DNA from: Parcubacteria group bacterium GW2011_GWA2_47_21
GTDB lineage: Bacteria; Patescibacteriota; Minisyncoccia; Phycocordibacterales; DSPV01
Assembly (NCBI GenBank): GCA_001000545.1
Contig: LCOC01000005.1
Location: 10,013 to 74,012 of the forward strand
DNA length: 64,000 bases
Direction: 5' to 3'
The translations under genes and the position numbers were made by a program. This document shows positions 54,998-64,000 of this stretch, in pieces; within the stretch, counting starts at the first letter, position 1, and each line of letters begins with the position of its first letter. The notes under the pieces are model-generated. The model saw only the letters and a program-made list of their open reading frames with translations, had not been told where the DNA came from and searched no databases.

Positions 54998-56890
54998 TTA
55001 TTGTCTCATCATCTTCACAAACACCTCCTCCGGAATATTGACCTTGCCTCGCTCTTTGAGCCGTTTCTTGCCTTCCTTTTGTTTCTCCCACAGTTTTCTT
55101 TTTCGCGTGATATCGCCGCCGTATAAATAGCCGGTAACATCTTTTCGGAGCGCTGAAAGGGTGCGGGAAGAAATAATGCGGCCCAAGGCCTTGGCTTGAA
55201 TTTTTGTTGCAAACATTTGGCGAGGCAGAATTTTGTGAAGTTTTTCAACGCTGGCTTCGGCTTCGGTTTCAAGGCGTCGCCGCGATACGATGCGGGCAAA
55301 AGCCGGCACCGATTCCCCAGCCACCAGAATTTCCATCTTTACCACATCGGCCATTTCTTCTCCTTGGATTTTATAAGAAAGGGAGCCGTAACCGGAGGTG
55401 GCACTTTTGAGCTCGTCAAAAAAATTCCGCATCAGTTCCCTAAGAGGCATTCTGGCTTCCACCTCGGTCCGGTTGTCGCTTAAATTTTCCGTGACGCCAA
55501 CCACCGCTTCGTGTTCGTAAAAAAGCTGCATCACATTGCCCAGATAATCCGCCGGCGCGATTATTTGGACGGCGGCCCACGGCTCCCGAACTGACACCAC
55601 CTCGCCGTGGTCGGGAAAATGAATCGGCGAGTAAGCGATTTTCTGCCGGCCGGCGCGGTCGGTTACCTCGTAACTGATTGAGGGCGTGGTAACAATTATT
55701 TTCAGACCAAATTCCCGCCGAAGCCGTTCGGTAATAATTTCCAAGTGAAGCATCCCGAGAAAACCGACCCGAAATCCCCGCCCCAAGACGCCGGAGGACT
55801 CTTCCTCATAAGCGAACGATGAATCGGAAAGCCGAAGGCGCGCCAAGGCCTGACGCAAAGCATTAAAGTCATCCTGACTTTCCGGATAGACGGACGCCCA
55901 GACCACCGGAGCGGGTTTGCCGTAACCGGGGAGCGCTAAGGCCGGGTTTTTATCGGAAGTAACCGTGTCGCCAACCGTCGCAATACCCGGCTCTTTTATG
56001 CCCGTTATAATGTAGCCGATTTCGCCAGCCGAGAGGGTTTCTGTCGGCATTTCTTTTGGCGAGAAAACCCCAAGATCAATCGGGATAAAGCGGGCTTTGC
56101 CGGCAATGAGGCGAAGCGCGTCTCTCTTATTCACTTCGCCCGCCATTACCCTAAGATAAAGAATTACGCCGGTGTGATTAGAGTATTGGAAATCAAAAAT
56201 GAGGGCCTGGAAGTTTTCTCCTGTTTGTTTCGGCGGCGGCACTTTCCCAATGATTTCTTCAAGAAGTTCAGGAACGCCTTGGCCGGTTCTACCCGATACT
56301 TCCATTATCTCGCCTTCCGCTACGTGGAGAAGTTTTGCCATATCGGCCTTAACATCGACCACTCTTGCCAAAGGCGAATCAATTTTATTTACCGCCGGAA
56401 TAATGGCTAGGCCCTGTTCCCTGGCCATCTGAAGCACTGAAAGCGTCTGTGCCTGCACACCCTGCGTCGCGTCTACCAGTAAAATCGCGCCCTCCACGGC
56501 CTTAAGCGCGCGTGACACCTCATACGAGAAATCAATGTGACCCGGCGTGTCTATCAAATTCAGAATGAATTCTGAACCTGCAAACCCTAAACTCGAAACC
56601 CTAATCTCTAAACTTTTTGGGAAATTTGGATTTGAATATTGGGATTTGTTTAGAATTTTGGATTTAGAACTTAAATTTTCCGCATGATTCCCTTTGTAAA
56701 TCATGCGGACGGGTTTCATCTTTATGGTGATTCCCCTTTCCCGTTCGAGCTCCATGGAATCAAGCACTTGGTCTTGCATCTTTCTTTTTTCAATCGTGCC
56801 AGTCAGCTCCAAAAAACGGTCCGCAAGCGTGGACTTGCCGTGGTCTATATGCGCTATGACGCAAAAGTTGCGGATGTTTTCCAGACCCAT
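54998..56890 (-). CDS. lepA: Translation elongation factor 4 (LepA) with ~40-aa low-complexity insertion in G domain
   Basis: MGLENIRNFCVIAHIDHGKSTLADR G1 motif, DTPGH G3 motif, LepA C-terminal domain; insertion AENLSSKSKILNKSQYSNPNFPKSLEIRVSSLGFAGSEF encoded by AT-rich simple repeat at 56570-56680. Confidence 0.9.
   Translation of the reverse strand: MGLENIRNFCVIAHIDHGKSTLADRFLELTGTIEKRKMQDQVLDSMELERERGITIKMKPVRMIYKGNHAENLSSKSKILNKSQYSNPNFPKSLEIRVSSLGFAGSEFILNLIDTPGHIDFSYEVSRALKAVEGAILLVDATQGVQAQTLSVLQMAREQGLAIIPAVNKIDSPLARVVDVKADMAKLLHVAEGEIMEVSGRTGQGVPELLEEIIGKVPPPKQTGENFQALIFDFQYSNHTGVILYLRVMAGEVNKRDALRLIAGKARFIPIDLGVFSPKEMPTETLSAGEIGYIITGIKEPGIATVGDTVTSDKNPALALPGYGKPAPVVWASVYPESQDDFNALRQALARLRLSDSSFAYEEESSGVLGRGFRVGFLGMLHLEIITERLRREFGLKIIVTTPSISYEVTDRAGRQKIAYSPIHFPDHGEVVSVREPWAAVQIIAPADYLGNVMQLFYEHEAVVGVTENLSDNRTEVEARMPLRELMRNFFDELKSATSGYGSLSYKIQGEEMADVVKMEILVAGESVPAFARIVSRRRLETEAEASVEKLHKILPRQMFATKIQAKALGRIISSRTLSALRKDVTGYLYGGDITRKRKLWEKQKEGKKRLKERGKVNIPEEVFVKMMRQ
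56570..56680. repeat. AT-rich AAACCCTAA / TTGGATTT simple-repeat element lying in-frame inside lepA
   Basis: AAACCCTAAACTCGAAACCCTAATCTCTAAAC...GGAAATTTGGATTTGAATATTGGGATTTGTTTAGAATTTTGGATTTAGAAC. Confidence 0.8.
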
Positions 56891-56936
56891 CGGCTTATCC
56901 TAACAGAAATCCGCTCAACTGTTTAGCTTCCTTCAT

Positions 56937-57416
56937 TTGTGGTATAGTATGGGCATGGTAGAAATAGACAAAAACAAAATCGCGGAAATTATGGAGAAAC
57001 ACAGCATCATTGTTGGGTATGTTTTCGGTTCGGTTGCGCGTGGCACTTTGAGACCACATTCCGATATTGATGTGGCAGTGCTCTTTCCATACGACATGCC
57101 GAAAGAAAAACAAGGAATGTCCAGGGAAGAAATACGCGATGAAATCGCTAGTGTTTTTGGTGTTGAGAAAGTGGATGTTATTAACTTAAACCAACAGACA
57201 AATCCGGTACTGCGCTATGACGCCGTACTTGAAGGCAAAGCGGTTCTCGTTAAAGATGTTGCCGTCAAAGCGCAGCTTACTCGTGCGGTGCTTCGCGAAT
57301 ACGAAAACACCAGACATCTTCGGGAAACTTCCTATAAAATTTTGCGCCGGCAGATACGGTCTGGACAATTCGGCCGAGCGGCAATCAATTCTCAAAAATA
57401 TGTCTCCTTTAAATAA
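56937..57416 (+). CDS. MNT-type nucleotidyltransferase antitoxin (third HepT/MNT pair)
   Basis: VFGSVARGTLRPHSDIDVAVLF signature. Confidence 0.7.
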   Translation: MWYSMGMVEIDKNKIAEIMEKHSIIVGYVFGSVARGTLRPHSDIDVAVLFPYDMPKEKQGMSREEIRDEIASVFGVEKVDVINLNQQTNPVLRYDAVLEGKAVLVKDVAVKAQLTRAVLREYENTRHLRETSYKILRRQIRSGQFGRAAINSQKYVSFK

Positions 57417-57840
57417 AAAAACAATTCACGAAAAGTTATTTAAACTTCAAGAATCAGTTAAAATTCTTGAAGAATTGCGAGCCGAGGGACGCAATCCGTT
57501 TTTTACTGACAGAAAAAATCAAGACGTCGCTTTACTTAATATGTTTGTTTCTATTGAACTGATTACTGACATTGGTAACCATATAATCACGGAAGTTTTC
57601 CAAAAGCAGGCAAAAAACTACAAAGAAATTATTGAGCTCTTGGGTAAAACCGGGGTCATAACGGAAATATTTGCGAAAGAAAACGAAGATATGACAAAAT
57701 TCCGAAACCTAATTGCTCATGATTACGAGAAAATTACACCAGAGGGCATCTATGAAAATCTCCAAAAAGCTCCGGATGTCTTCCGCGAGTTTGCAAAATA
57801 TTTCGTGGAATTTATGGACAAGCAGCCAAGTAAAGATTAA
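57400..57840 (+). CDS. HepT-like (DUF86) toxin, third pair; start at internal ATG 57400 (ORF-track 57217 start is an upstream extension overlapping MNT)
   Basis: R-x4-H-x-Y motif as FRNLIAHDY; ATG 57400 overlaps MNT stop by 17 bp in the same frame as track ORF. Confidence 0.65.
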   Translation: MSPLNKKTIHEKLFKLQESVKILEELRAEGRNPFFTDRKNQDVALLNMFVSIELITDIGNHIITEVFQKQAKNYKEIIELLGKTGVITEIFAKENEDMTKFRNLIAHDYEKITPEGIYENLQKAPDVFREFAKYFVEFMDKQPSKD

Positions 57841-57902
57841 GGATGGGTAAAACACCATGGATAATCTCACTCTCCCGACAGGCCAGACACCGCCGACATT
57901 GA

Positions 57903-58649
57903 ATGCGGCAGATGAAAATATTATGGGTATTCCGCCCGAAAAACCGCGCGGCAATAAAACCGCCCTCTGTATATTTAATCGTTGCAACCCTAACGGTGGT
58001 AGTTGTAGTCTCTGGATACCTCGCTCTCAACTCTATCAAGAGGCCGCCTACCATTCCTACCACACCAACAAACGAGCCCCAAACCGAAAGCACCGCCGAC
58101 AAAACCGTCAACTGGCAAATTTATCAAAATGAAAAGTATGGTTTGGAGTTCAAATATCCTACTGAAGCTAGGTTATTTCTTGGGGCTGATTGTCTGGGGT
58201 GCTCTGATGAAGAACTGGAAGCAGTAAATAGCGCAAGAGTGATCATCGATTATTCAGGCGGAATAATTTTTCAGGTTCAGATTTTAGAATATAACAAGAC
58301 GCAACCACAATTTGTTAAAATAGGTAAAAACGCAGAACAAACAGCCGAGTTATGGCGGAAATATAACAAAGAGGGGGAAAATAATCCAAATGTTTTCACC
58401 TACGTTAGCAGAATTGTGGAGCAAAACACAAATGGCCTTGGAGGTTATTCATACACGGTTTCAGGTAGTATCAACTTCCCTTGGGAAATGGGGTTACTTT
58501 CTTACCCAATGAGATTTAATTTTTTTGATTTCCCAGCACGACCAGAAACTATAATTGTGATATCACTATCAATTAGGGAGGAAAATTTGAATGATGTGTC
58601 AAATCAAATTATCTCCACCTTCAAATTCTTCGAGCCGACAGAAAAATAA
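57903..58649 (+). CDS. Hypothetical membrane-anchored/secreted protein
   Basis: N-terminal hydrophobic helix, Pro/Thr-rich linker, no motif recognised. Confidence 0.4.
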   Translation: MRQMKILWVFRPKNRAAIKPPSVYLIVATLTVVVVVSGYLALNSIKRPPTIPTTPTNEPQTESTADKTVNWQIYQNEKYGLEFKYPTEARLFLGADCLGCSDEELEAVNSARVIIDYSGGIIFQVQILEYNKTQPQFVKIGKNAEQTAELWRKYNKEGENNPNVFTYVSRIVEQNTNGLGGYSYTVSGSINFPWEMGLLSYPMRFNFFDFPARPETIIVISLSIREENLNDVSNQIISTFKFFEPTEK

Positions 58650-58780
58650 TTATTTCATTCCTACAAGCTAACCTCCTACAAGCTACAAGCTCTCTTGCTC
58701 CGGCACGATGACTTTGGCCTTCCAAATTTTGTGGTGGAGGGTTATCCAAACTTCTTTGAGTTCTCTATTCTTGAGGAGTA

Positions 58781-60244
58781 TCAAGACAACCAAACCGACC
58801 GCGATACCAAGGAGAAAACCTCAAAAAATGTTTTATTGACCTGCGGGGAAAATTCTTTAAACCGCCGGGCGAAGTAATACCAGAAGACAGCGGCGTTAAG
58901 AAGCATGGCCGTTGAAAAGCCGAGCGGGAGCATGAGGACTTCGGTGCCGGCAACCTCCGGCACCCGAAGCAAACTCTCAATAAAGTAGCGAAAGAACTCC
59001 CACTCGCGGAAGATTCTCAAAAAACCAAAGGCAAAAATGACGACAAAAAGCGAAGCGATGATATTTATAACAAGTGGTTTCTTAGTATTCCCTCCGGCGT
59101 AATAGCCGCGGACAAATAAGAGAATCAGCGACTGCGCCAAAATTGAGATGGAGAACAAAGCGAGAGCGGCGGCGGTAAGGCGTGTGTCCGTCCAATCAAA
59201 ACTGCCCGAGCCCAAAATCGTTCTGACAATTTGCGCGCGAAGCACTATAAAAAGGATGATTATCGGCACCGACCAGAAGGTAATATGGCGCGCCGCTACC
59301 GTCATCTCCTCCAAAAATTTCTGCCGTTCGCCGTTTGAAAAAAGGCGGCTAATAGTCGGAAACAGGGCGACGGTATAACTCACGCCGACGAGCGCGAGCG
59401 GCACCGACTGCAAATTCCAAGCGAAATTAAACACCGCCACCGAGCCGGACGCCAAAATCGCCGCCATAATAATCAACACAAGAGTGGAAAGCTGGCTTCC
59501 GGAAAGAGCGAGGGTGCGAGAGAACGACAGTCCGACCACCTCCCGAATCGTCCGGAAATCAAAAGGAAAACTAAAAGACGGAAAGGGCTTGGTAATGGTT
59601 GAAAGCTGGCAGAGCAGATGGAGAACGGCGCCGATAACGACTCCTAAAGAGAGTCCTTTGAGGCCCATTTTAGGATAGAGAAAAACGACGCCGATGATAA
59701 TGCCGGCATTGTAGAAAATTGGGCTCAAAGCGTAAGAGATGAAGCGGTGCCTTGCCTGAGCGATGGACGCAAACAAATTAGAAAAGCCGAGAAGAATCGG
59801 CGAGAGGAGCATAATCCTCGTCATTGAGACAAACTCCGCGCCGTAAGCGGAAGAGGTAAGCTCTGGAAAAAGCTGAGCGAGCAGCCAAGGCACAAAGGCG
59901 AAGCAAATAGCGCTCACGAGAATGATAAGCACCGAGAAAAAAGAAAAAATGGAATCAACAAAACGCTTCGCCTCACCCTCGCTCCTTTCAAGCCGCTCAA
60001 TCACAAAAGGCACCAGCACGGAAACCGATACAATGGAAGCGACAGACACGAAGATTAAATCGGGTATCCTGAAAGCGCTGTAATAAGTATCCAAGGCAAG
60101 GCCCGCTCCGAAGATATGAGCCAAAACCCGGTCGCGGAATAGTCCTAAAACTTGAGAAAGAAAAGTGAAGAACGCCAAAAGATAAGCGGCCTCGTGGAGT
60201 CCGCTTATCTCTTTGTTAATGAACCGAAGAATTCTTGAAACCAT
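58781..60244 (-). CDS. murJ: Lipid II flippase MurJ (MviN family)
   Basis: LGLFRDRVLAHIFGAGLALDTYYSAFRIPDL N-terminal MurJ signature; polytopic 487 aa. Confidence 0.8.
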   Translation of the reverse strand: MVSRILRFINKEISGLHEAAYLLAFFTFLSQVLGLFRDRVLAHIFGAGLALDTYYSAFRIPDLIFVSVASIVSVSVLVPFVIERLERSEGEAKRFVDSIFSFFSVLIILVSAICFAFVPWLLAQLFPELTSSAYGAEFVSMTRIMLLSPILLGFSNLFASIAQARHRFISYALSPIFYNAGIIIGVVFLYPKMGLKGLSLGVVIGAVLHLLCQLSTITKPFPSFSFPFDFRTIREVVGLSFSRTLALSGSQLSTLVLIIMAAILASGSVAVFNFAWNLQSVPLALVGVSYTVALFPTISRLFSNGERQKFLEEMTVAARHITFWSVPIIILFIVLRAQIVRTILGSGSFDWTDTRLTAAALALFSISILAQSLILLFVRGYYAGGNTKKPLVINIIASLFVVIFAFGFLRIFREWEFFRYFIESLLRVPEVAGTEVLMLPLGFSTAMLLNAAVFWYYFARRFKEFSPQVNKTFFEVFSLVSRSVWLS

Positions 60245-60251
60245 ATTCTAA

Positions 60252-62708
60252 CTATTGCCCCGCACCGTTTTCGGAAACCGGCAAGGTGTTGCGATTCTCC
60301 GGGCTGGCTTCCGGAATGCCGGCAAAGGGCGTCCGGCCGGCTTTGATGTTTTTTATAATCGTCGGCAATTCTTTGTTGTCCGGGTTGGTCTTCCGAATTT
60401 CCTCAAATTGCGCCAAGGCCTCGGCGTCCCGAGCCACCCTCTCATAGGAAAGCCCCAGGAAGTAACGAGCGTTGGCGTAAACCGGATTAAGACCGACGGC
60501 CCGCTCTAAGGCGGTTACGGCGCCGCGATAATCCTTGTCGTTGAATTTAAGAACGCCTAGCTGGAAGTGAATGACCGCGTCATTGGGCGCTATAAGCGCG
60601 CCGGCTTCGGCCGCGGTTATCGCCTTGTCAATATTGCCGAGTCCCGCTTCAAGCTGCGACTCAAAGAACACCGCTTCCAGATAGTTGGTCTTCTTGGCGC
60701 GAGCGGCCGCCAATCTCTCTTTGGCCTTGTTGAAATTCCGATTGGCTACTTCCAACCGAGCCAAAACCAAATCAATTTCCGGGTTCGTGGGATTTAAAGC
60801 CATAGCGCTATTGTAAACCCGAAGAGCGTTGTCATAGGCCCCTTGAACGCCAAGCGGCACAACCGATTCATACACCCGGCCAAGCTGCATGTAATTCTGG
60901 TAGTTTTTGTCGTTGAAGCTTACGGCGGCCTGGGCGTCAGAAAGCGCGGCGCCGAAAATATCTTTAAATTGATTCTGAACCGCCTCGGTGGACAAATTCT
61001 GATTGGCGCTTACCAATTGGTTAAGTTTGACGAGTTTTAATTCGGAAAGAAAACGATAAGCGGTATCTGTTTTGCTGGTTTTAAGCGATTTGGAAATCAG
61101 ATTCTCCGCCCTCTCCATATTGCCGTCGGTGTTTAACACCAGCACTCCCTTCTGAAGCCGCCACAAAGCGAGAAATTTCGAGGTCTCGGCGTAAGCCAGT
61201 GAAATTGACAGCACCAAGAACATAATCATTGCCACCACCAAAGCAAAACCGATTTTCGGCTGTTCGGGGAAAGAAACCGTTTTCACCTTAAGCGTATTTT
61301 CCAATACCAGGCTTGCGATTAGCAGACCAGAGAGAAAGAAAGCTAAAGCCGTGCTGGATAAACTCGGCACATAGAAAAAAGTAATGGTAAAGAGATAAAG
61401 GGCGCCGAGGAACGAAGTAACGCCCAGATACCGGCTAAATCGGTCGGCTGGTTGGCTAAAGAATAACTTAAGCCCGGTTGACAGGAAAAAGACGGCGAAA
61501 AGCAGCCACGAAAGCAGTCCCAGGAGCCCGGTGCTTATGATAAAGGTCGGAATCAAACCGACGGCAAAAACAAAATCAGAGGACCAAAAGACCGTTTCGT
61601 TGACGCCGGCCGGCTTGTGGCTTTGCCACTGATTGACAAAGGTGTTCGGTCCAGCGCCAAAAATCGGGTTTGCCTTCACGCTCTCTTTGGCGATATTCAG
61701 AGTGGCGCTCCATGATGGCCTGGTTTCAAGTTGGAAAATTTGGAAGAAGTTAGAAATGGCGGTGCTAAGCGGCCTGCTCTCGCTGAAGGCGTATCGCTCG
61801 GTAATAAACACAGCCGATACGACAAGGAGAATAACGGGTAAAATTGGAATTCTTTTTTTATTTGTTGCGCCACCAGAATCCAAATCATCCGGTTTAGGCG
61901 TCGTGTGGGCTCTCGGAAAATTCTTATAGCCGGAAAACCCAAGGTAGACGATAAGTAGCAGCGAGAAAACAGCCAGCACGACCCAAGCGGTGTCAAAATT
62001 CACAATCGCAAGGAGCGCGAGCGAGATAGTAAATACTCCGTAAAATGTGATTCGTAATTTTCTACTGAGCGAAGCGATTTCGAGCGCCAAAGCGGAAATG
62101 AGCGCGCTTAAACCAAAGAGGACGGCGAGGTCATTCCACTTGCCGAGGAAGTTGGCGGTTACGTTAGTAAAAATACCGAAAGAGAGAAAATCGGGACCTA
62201 TAATAAGTTTCAGAAGCTGATACAAAGCCAGAATGGAGGTGACGGCAAAAAGCGCGAGATAGGCGCCAAAAATCCGGCCTTTAGAATTAAAAACTTGAGC
62301 TGAAACGAAGAATAAGGCGAACAAAACAATAAGCGATGCCAGAGTGCCCAACTCAAAGTTTCCTCCCACAAACGAATTCCTGAAACCGCCGGAAAAAATG
62401 GCCGACAACAAAGCGCTTATGAGCACTAAGAACGCCCCGATGTTTAAGTGGCTCTGGCTAAACTCGAACCGACCAACCTTCAATCGGGCGACTAGCCAAA
62501 AAGCAACGCCGATTAAAACGAAAAATGAAATAAAAGCGATTTTCCCAACTTGAAAGGGATAGGAGGTTGACGGTAAAAAGAAAAGCGGAGCGAGTAGCGC
62601 GCCAATAGCGATAAAAATACAGGACATTTTATCTAAAAAAGAACTGCGGGCGGCACGGGGCTCTTCTTGACTCTCCACGACCTCAACATTTTCATTTTGC
62701 GTATCCAT
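60252..62708 (-). CDS. O-antigen-ligase-like polytopic membrane protein with C-terminal TPR repeats
   Basis: ~12 TM helices with Wzy_C-like central region; C-terminal ~250 aa of TPR-like repeats (RGAVTALERAVGLNPVYANARYFLGLSYERVARDAEALAQF...). Confidence 0.55.
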   Translation of the reverse strand: MDTQNENVEVVESQEEPRAARSSFLDKMSCIFIAIGALLAPLFFLPSTSYPFQVGKIAFISFFVLIGVAFWLVARLKVGRFEFSQSHLNIGAFLVLISALLSAIFSGGFRNSFVGGNFELGTLASLIVLFALFFVSAQVFNSKGRIFGAYLALFAVTSILALYQLLKLIIGPDFLSFGIFTNVTANFLGKWNDLAVLFGLSALISALALEIASLSRKLRITFYGVFTISLALLAIVNFDTAWVVLAVFSLLLIVYLGFSGYKNFPRAHTTPKPDDLDSGGATNKKRIPILPVILLVVSAVFITERYAFSESRPLSTAISNFFQIFQLETRPSWSATLNIAKESVKANPIFGAGPNTFVNQWQSHKPAGVNETVFWSSDFVFAVGLIPTFIISTGLLGLLSWLLFAVFFLSTGLKLFFSQPADRFSRYLGVTSFLGALYLFTITFFYVPSLSSTALAFFLSGLLIASLVLENTLKVKTVSFPEQPKIGFALVVAMIMFLVLSISLAYAETSKFLALWRLQKGVLVLNTDGNMERAENLISKSLKTSKTDTAYRFLSELKLVKLNQLVSANQNLSTEAVQNQFKDIFGAALSDAQAAVSFNDKNYQNYMQLGRVYESVVPLGVQGAYDNALRVYNSAMALNPTNPEIDLVLARLEVANRNFNKAKERLAAARAKKTNYLEAVFFESQLEAGLGNIDKAITAAEAGALIAPNDAVIHFQLGVLKFNDKDYRGAVTALERAVGLNPVYANARYFLGLSYERVARDAEALAQFEEIRKTNPDNKELPTIIKNIKAGRTPFAGIPEASPENRNTLPVSENGAGQ

Positions 62709-63079
62709 AAATTAACTTTTGCTTAAAATTTATAATATTGCCGTTAATTATAACAATGAGAATTGAATAATCAACAAGAGAGTGTTAATTAAAAGGACCA
62801 GTGCCATTATTATTGCAACAAAAATCAGCTTGTGGTAGTTTAATGGACGGAAAACACAAAGGTGTATCAAGAGTGTGGAGGAGGGCCTGGCCCGTTATTA
62901 CTCCATCGGCAACTTGTCCTAAGTGGCTAAGCATTGGTGCTTTTGCGAAACCACTAAAAGATAAAGTGCCAATTCCAACCCGCTTGGCGGGAACGATACT
63001 TAACTGATTGGGTCTGTTTGACCATCAGTGAATATCTTGGAATATCTCTTGATACACCTCGACATTTCGTCGGGGTGTT

Positions 63080-63331
63080 TTGTTCGTTGAAAATATGCCT
63101 ATCCTGTCTCTATACCCTCGATATGTTGCAGTTAAATTTACGGATGACACGCGTTCACGCGGAGAGCAGATTATCTTTACTCAAACGAAGGAAAGTGTCG
63201 GTCTTCGTCATGGCATCAATGTATTAGGGGAAGAAGACCTAGTTCACCTTGATTGTGCGGGTATTGAATACGCACGATACTACCCTAAGTCTATTGAGAC
63301 TAGAGAGATATACGAGTTTTTCGGTGTCTAA
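63080..63331 (+). CDS. Hypothetical small protein
   Basis: 83-aa ORF followed by strong terminator; no motif recognised. Confidence 0.3.
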   Translation: MFVENMPILSLYPRYVAVKFTDDTRSRGEQIIFTQTKESVGLRHGINVLGEEDLVHLDCAGIEYARYYPKSIETREIYEFFGV

Positions 63332-63362
63332 TAAAAATCCGTAGAATTTGTATTTACACCGC

Positions 63363-63390
63363 AAAACCCCGCTTTTTTAAGCGGGGTTTT
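63363..63390. terminator. Bidirectional rho-independent terminator (A-tract/hairpin/T-tract)
   Basis: AAAACCCCGC-ttttttaa-GCGGGGTTTT. Confidence 0.8.
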
Positions 63391-63429
63391 CATTTTGAAT
63401 TTGTAATTTTAAATTTTGCGTTTTTAATT

Positions 63430-64000
63430 TTACACTATCTCGCACACCCCCGCCACACAGGCCAGTTCTTTCTTGGGGTCCGTTTCGTTTTGCTTTTCGT
63501 AAGTCAAAATCTTTGAGTAATCAATGTGGGTCAAACGCTTGGCCAGCTCGTTGTAGCGCTTCTCGTCAATCGTTTCGTAGGGCGCCAGCTGATAAACATG
63601 ATTGTCGCGCGGCAAAAACGAGAGTCCGCCGATGTAATCCCAATTTTTATAAAGCCAGTCAGCCGCGGCAATCCACTCGTCTTCTCCGATTGAAACCGTA
63701 ACGGACGGATTGTGTTCGGTATAATTTTGTTTGACCGACTTCCAATGTTCAAGCTGTTCAATCGCCGACAAATCATCGCGAAAAACTTTCGTGCCAGCCG
63801 GCGCTTTGACCGGAAATTCTAAAACATAAGTCGTGGCATTTTCCGGCGACTGGCCGACTTCCGGATAATAAAGCACGCCCTGGTCTTTAAGCATCTTGAA
63901 AAGAGCGTCGGTGGCGGCAATTCTGATTCGTCTGATGTAATAGGCGGAGTGCCTCGGATGCATGCCGGAAGAACAGTCAACCATTTGGGAAAGCGTGCCC
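63430..64000 (-). CDS. C-terminal part of a larger protein running off window end; possibly class II (B12-dependent) ribonucleotide reductase-like C-terminus
   Basis: Minus-strand frame open to 64000; C-terminal tail ...LACVAGVCEIV with C-x4-C pair reminiscent of RNR C-terminal redox cysteines; weak assignment. Confidence 0.3.
   Translation of the reverse strand, partial: GTLSQMVDCSSGMHPRHSAYYIRRIRIAATDALFKMLKDQGVLYYPEVGQSPENATTYVLEFPVKAPAGTKVFRDDLSAIEQLEHWKSVKQNYTEHNPSVTVSIGEDEWIAAADWLYKNWDYIGGLSFLPRDNHVYQLAPYETIDEKRYNELAKRLTHIDYSKILTYEKQNETDPKKELACVAGVCEIV

Noticed and set aside
57217-57399. Upstream extension of HepT ORF
   Set aside because: Overlaps the MNT gene in another frame; HepT similarity starts at the internal ATG 57400.

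Overview
This 64-kb window looks like a small-genome bacterial chromosome. Gene content and style are consistent with a CPR/Patescibacteria-like lineage, but that is an inference and was not tested.

Core genes seen directly in the sequence: rpoC (3'-partial, running off position 1 on the minus strand, so missing from the ORF track) and rpoB; gyrA; an S1-domain protein; pth; lepB; a divergent hisS; rpsU-ybeY; ftsA-ftsZ; trxB; tsaD; valS; a PrsW protease; Hsp20; lepA; murJ; a large O-antigen-ligase/TPR membrane protein; and seven tRNAs (Leu-UAG, Ser-CGA, Glu-UUC, Phe-GAA, Arg-CCU, Gly-CCC, plus a tRNA-like fragment).

Accessory content is dense:
1. A tandem array of eight paralogous small membrane proteins with VirB2/TrbC-like pilin topology lies at 14.9-20.0 kb, with a HepT/MNT pair embedded in it.
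2. At 12.5-14.9 kb, two cassettes (Fic/Doc; HepT/MNT) are bounded by three direct copies of a ~158-bp junction sequence.
3. At 36.9-47.0 kb sits a tRNA-Ser-adjacent island of different composition. It carries an inverted-repeat-flanked pair (UDG-superfamily-like protein plus cobalamin-dependent radical SAM) and a type III restriction-modification operon. That operon is unusually interrupted by KTSC-domain and NYN-nuclease genes and is led by a C-protein-like HTH. The island also holds a truncated serine recombinase, hairpin repeats at both ends, and tRNA fragment scars.
4. In total the window has three HepT/MNT pairs, one HigB/HigA-like pair and one Fic protein.
5. Several repeat families recur: GC-rich CCTGCC...GGCAGG palindromes, a GTCAACCTGCCAGGTTGAC palindrome (three copies, two bracketing a -10 upstream of an SPFH operon), and AT-rich AAATCC/GGATTT simple repeats. 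Members of the first and third families appear inserted in-frame into tsaD and lepA.
6. An 8-mer ATGAAGCT tandem repeat creates stacked overlapping mini-ORFs in front of a methyltransferase gene.

All coordinates come from manual reading and may be off by a few nucleotides. Functions are assigned from recognisable motifs only.
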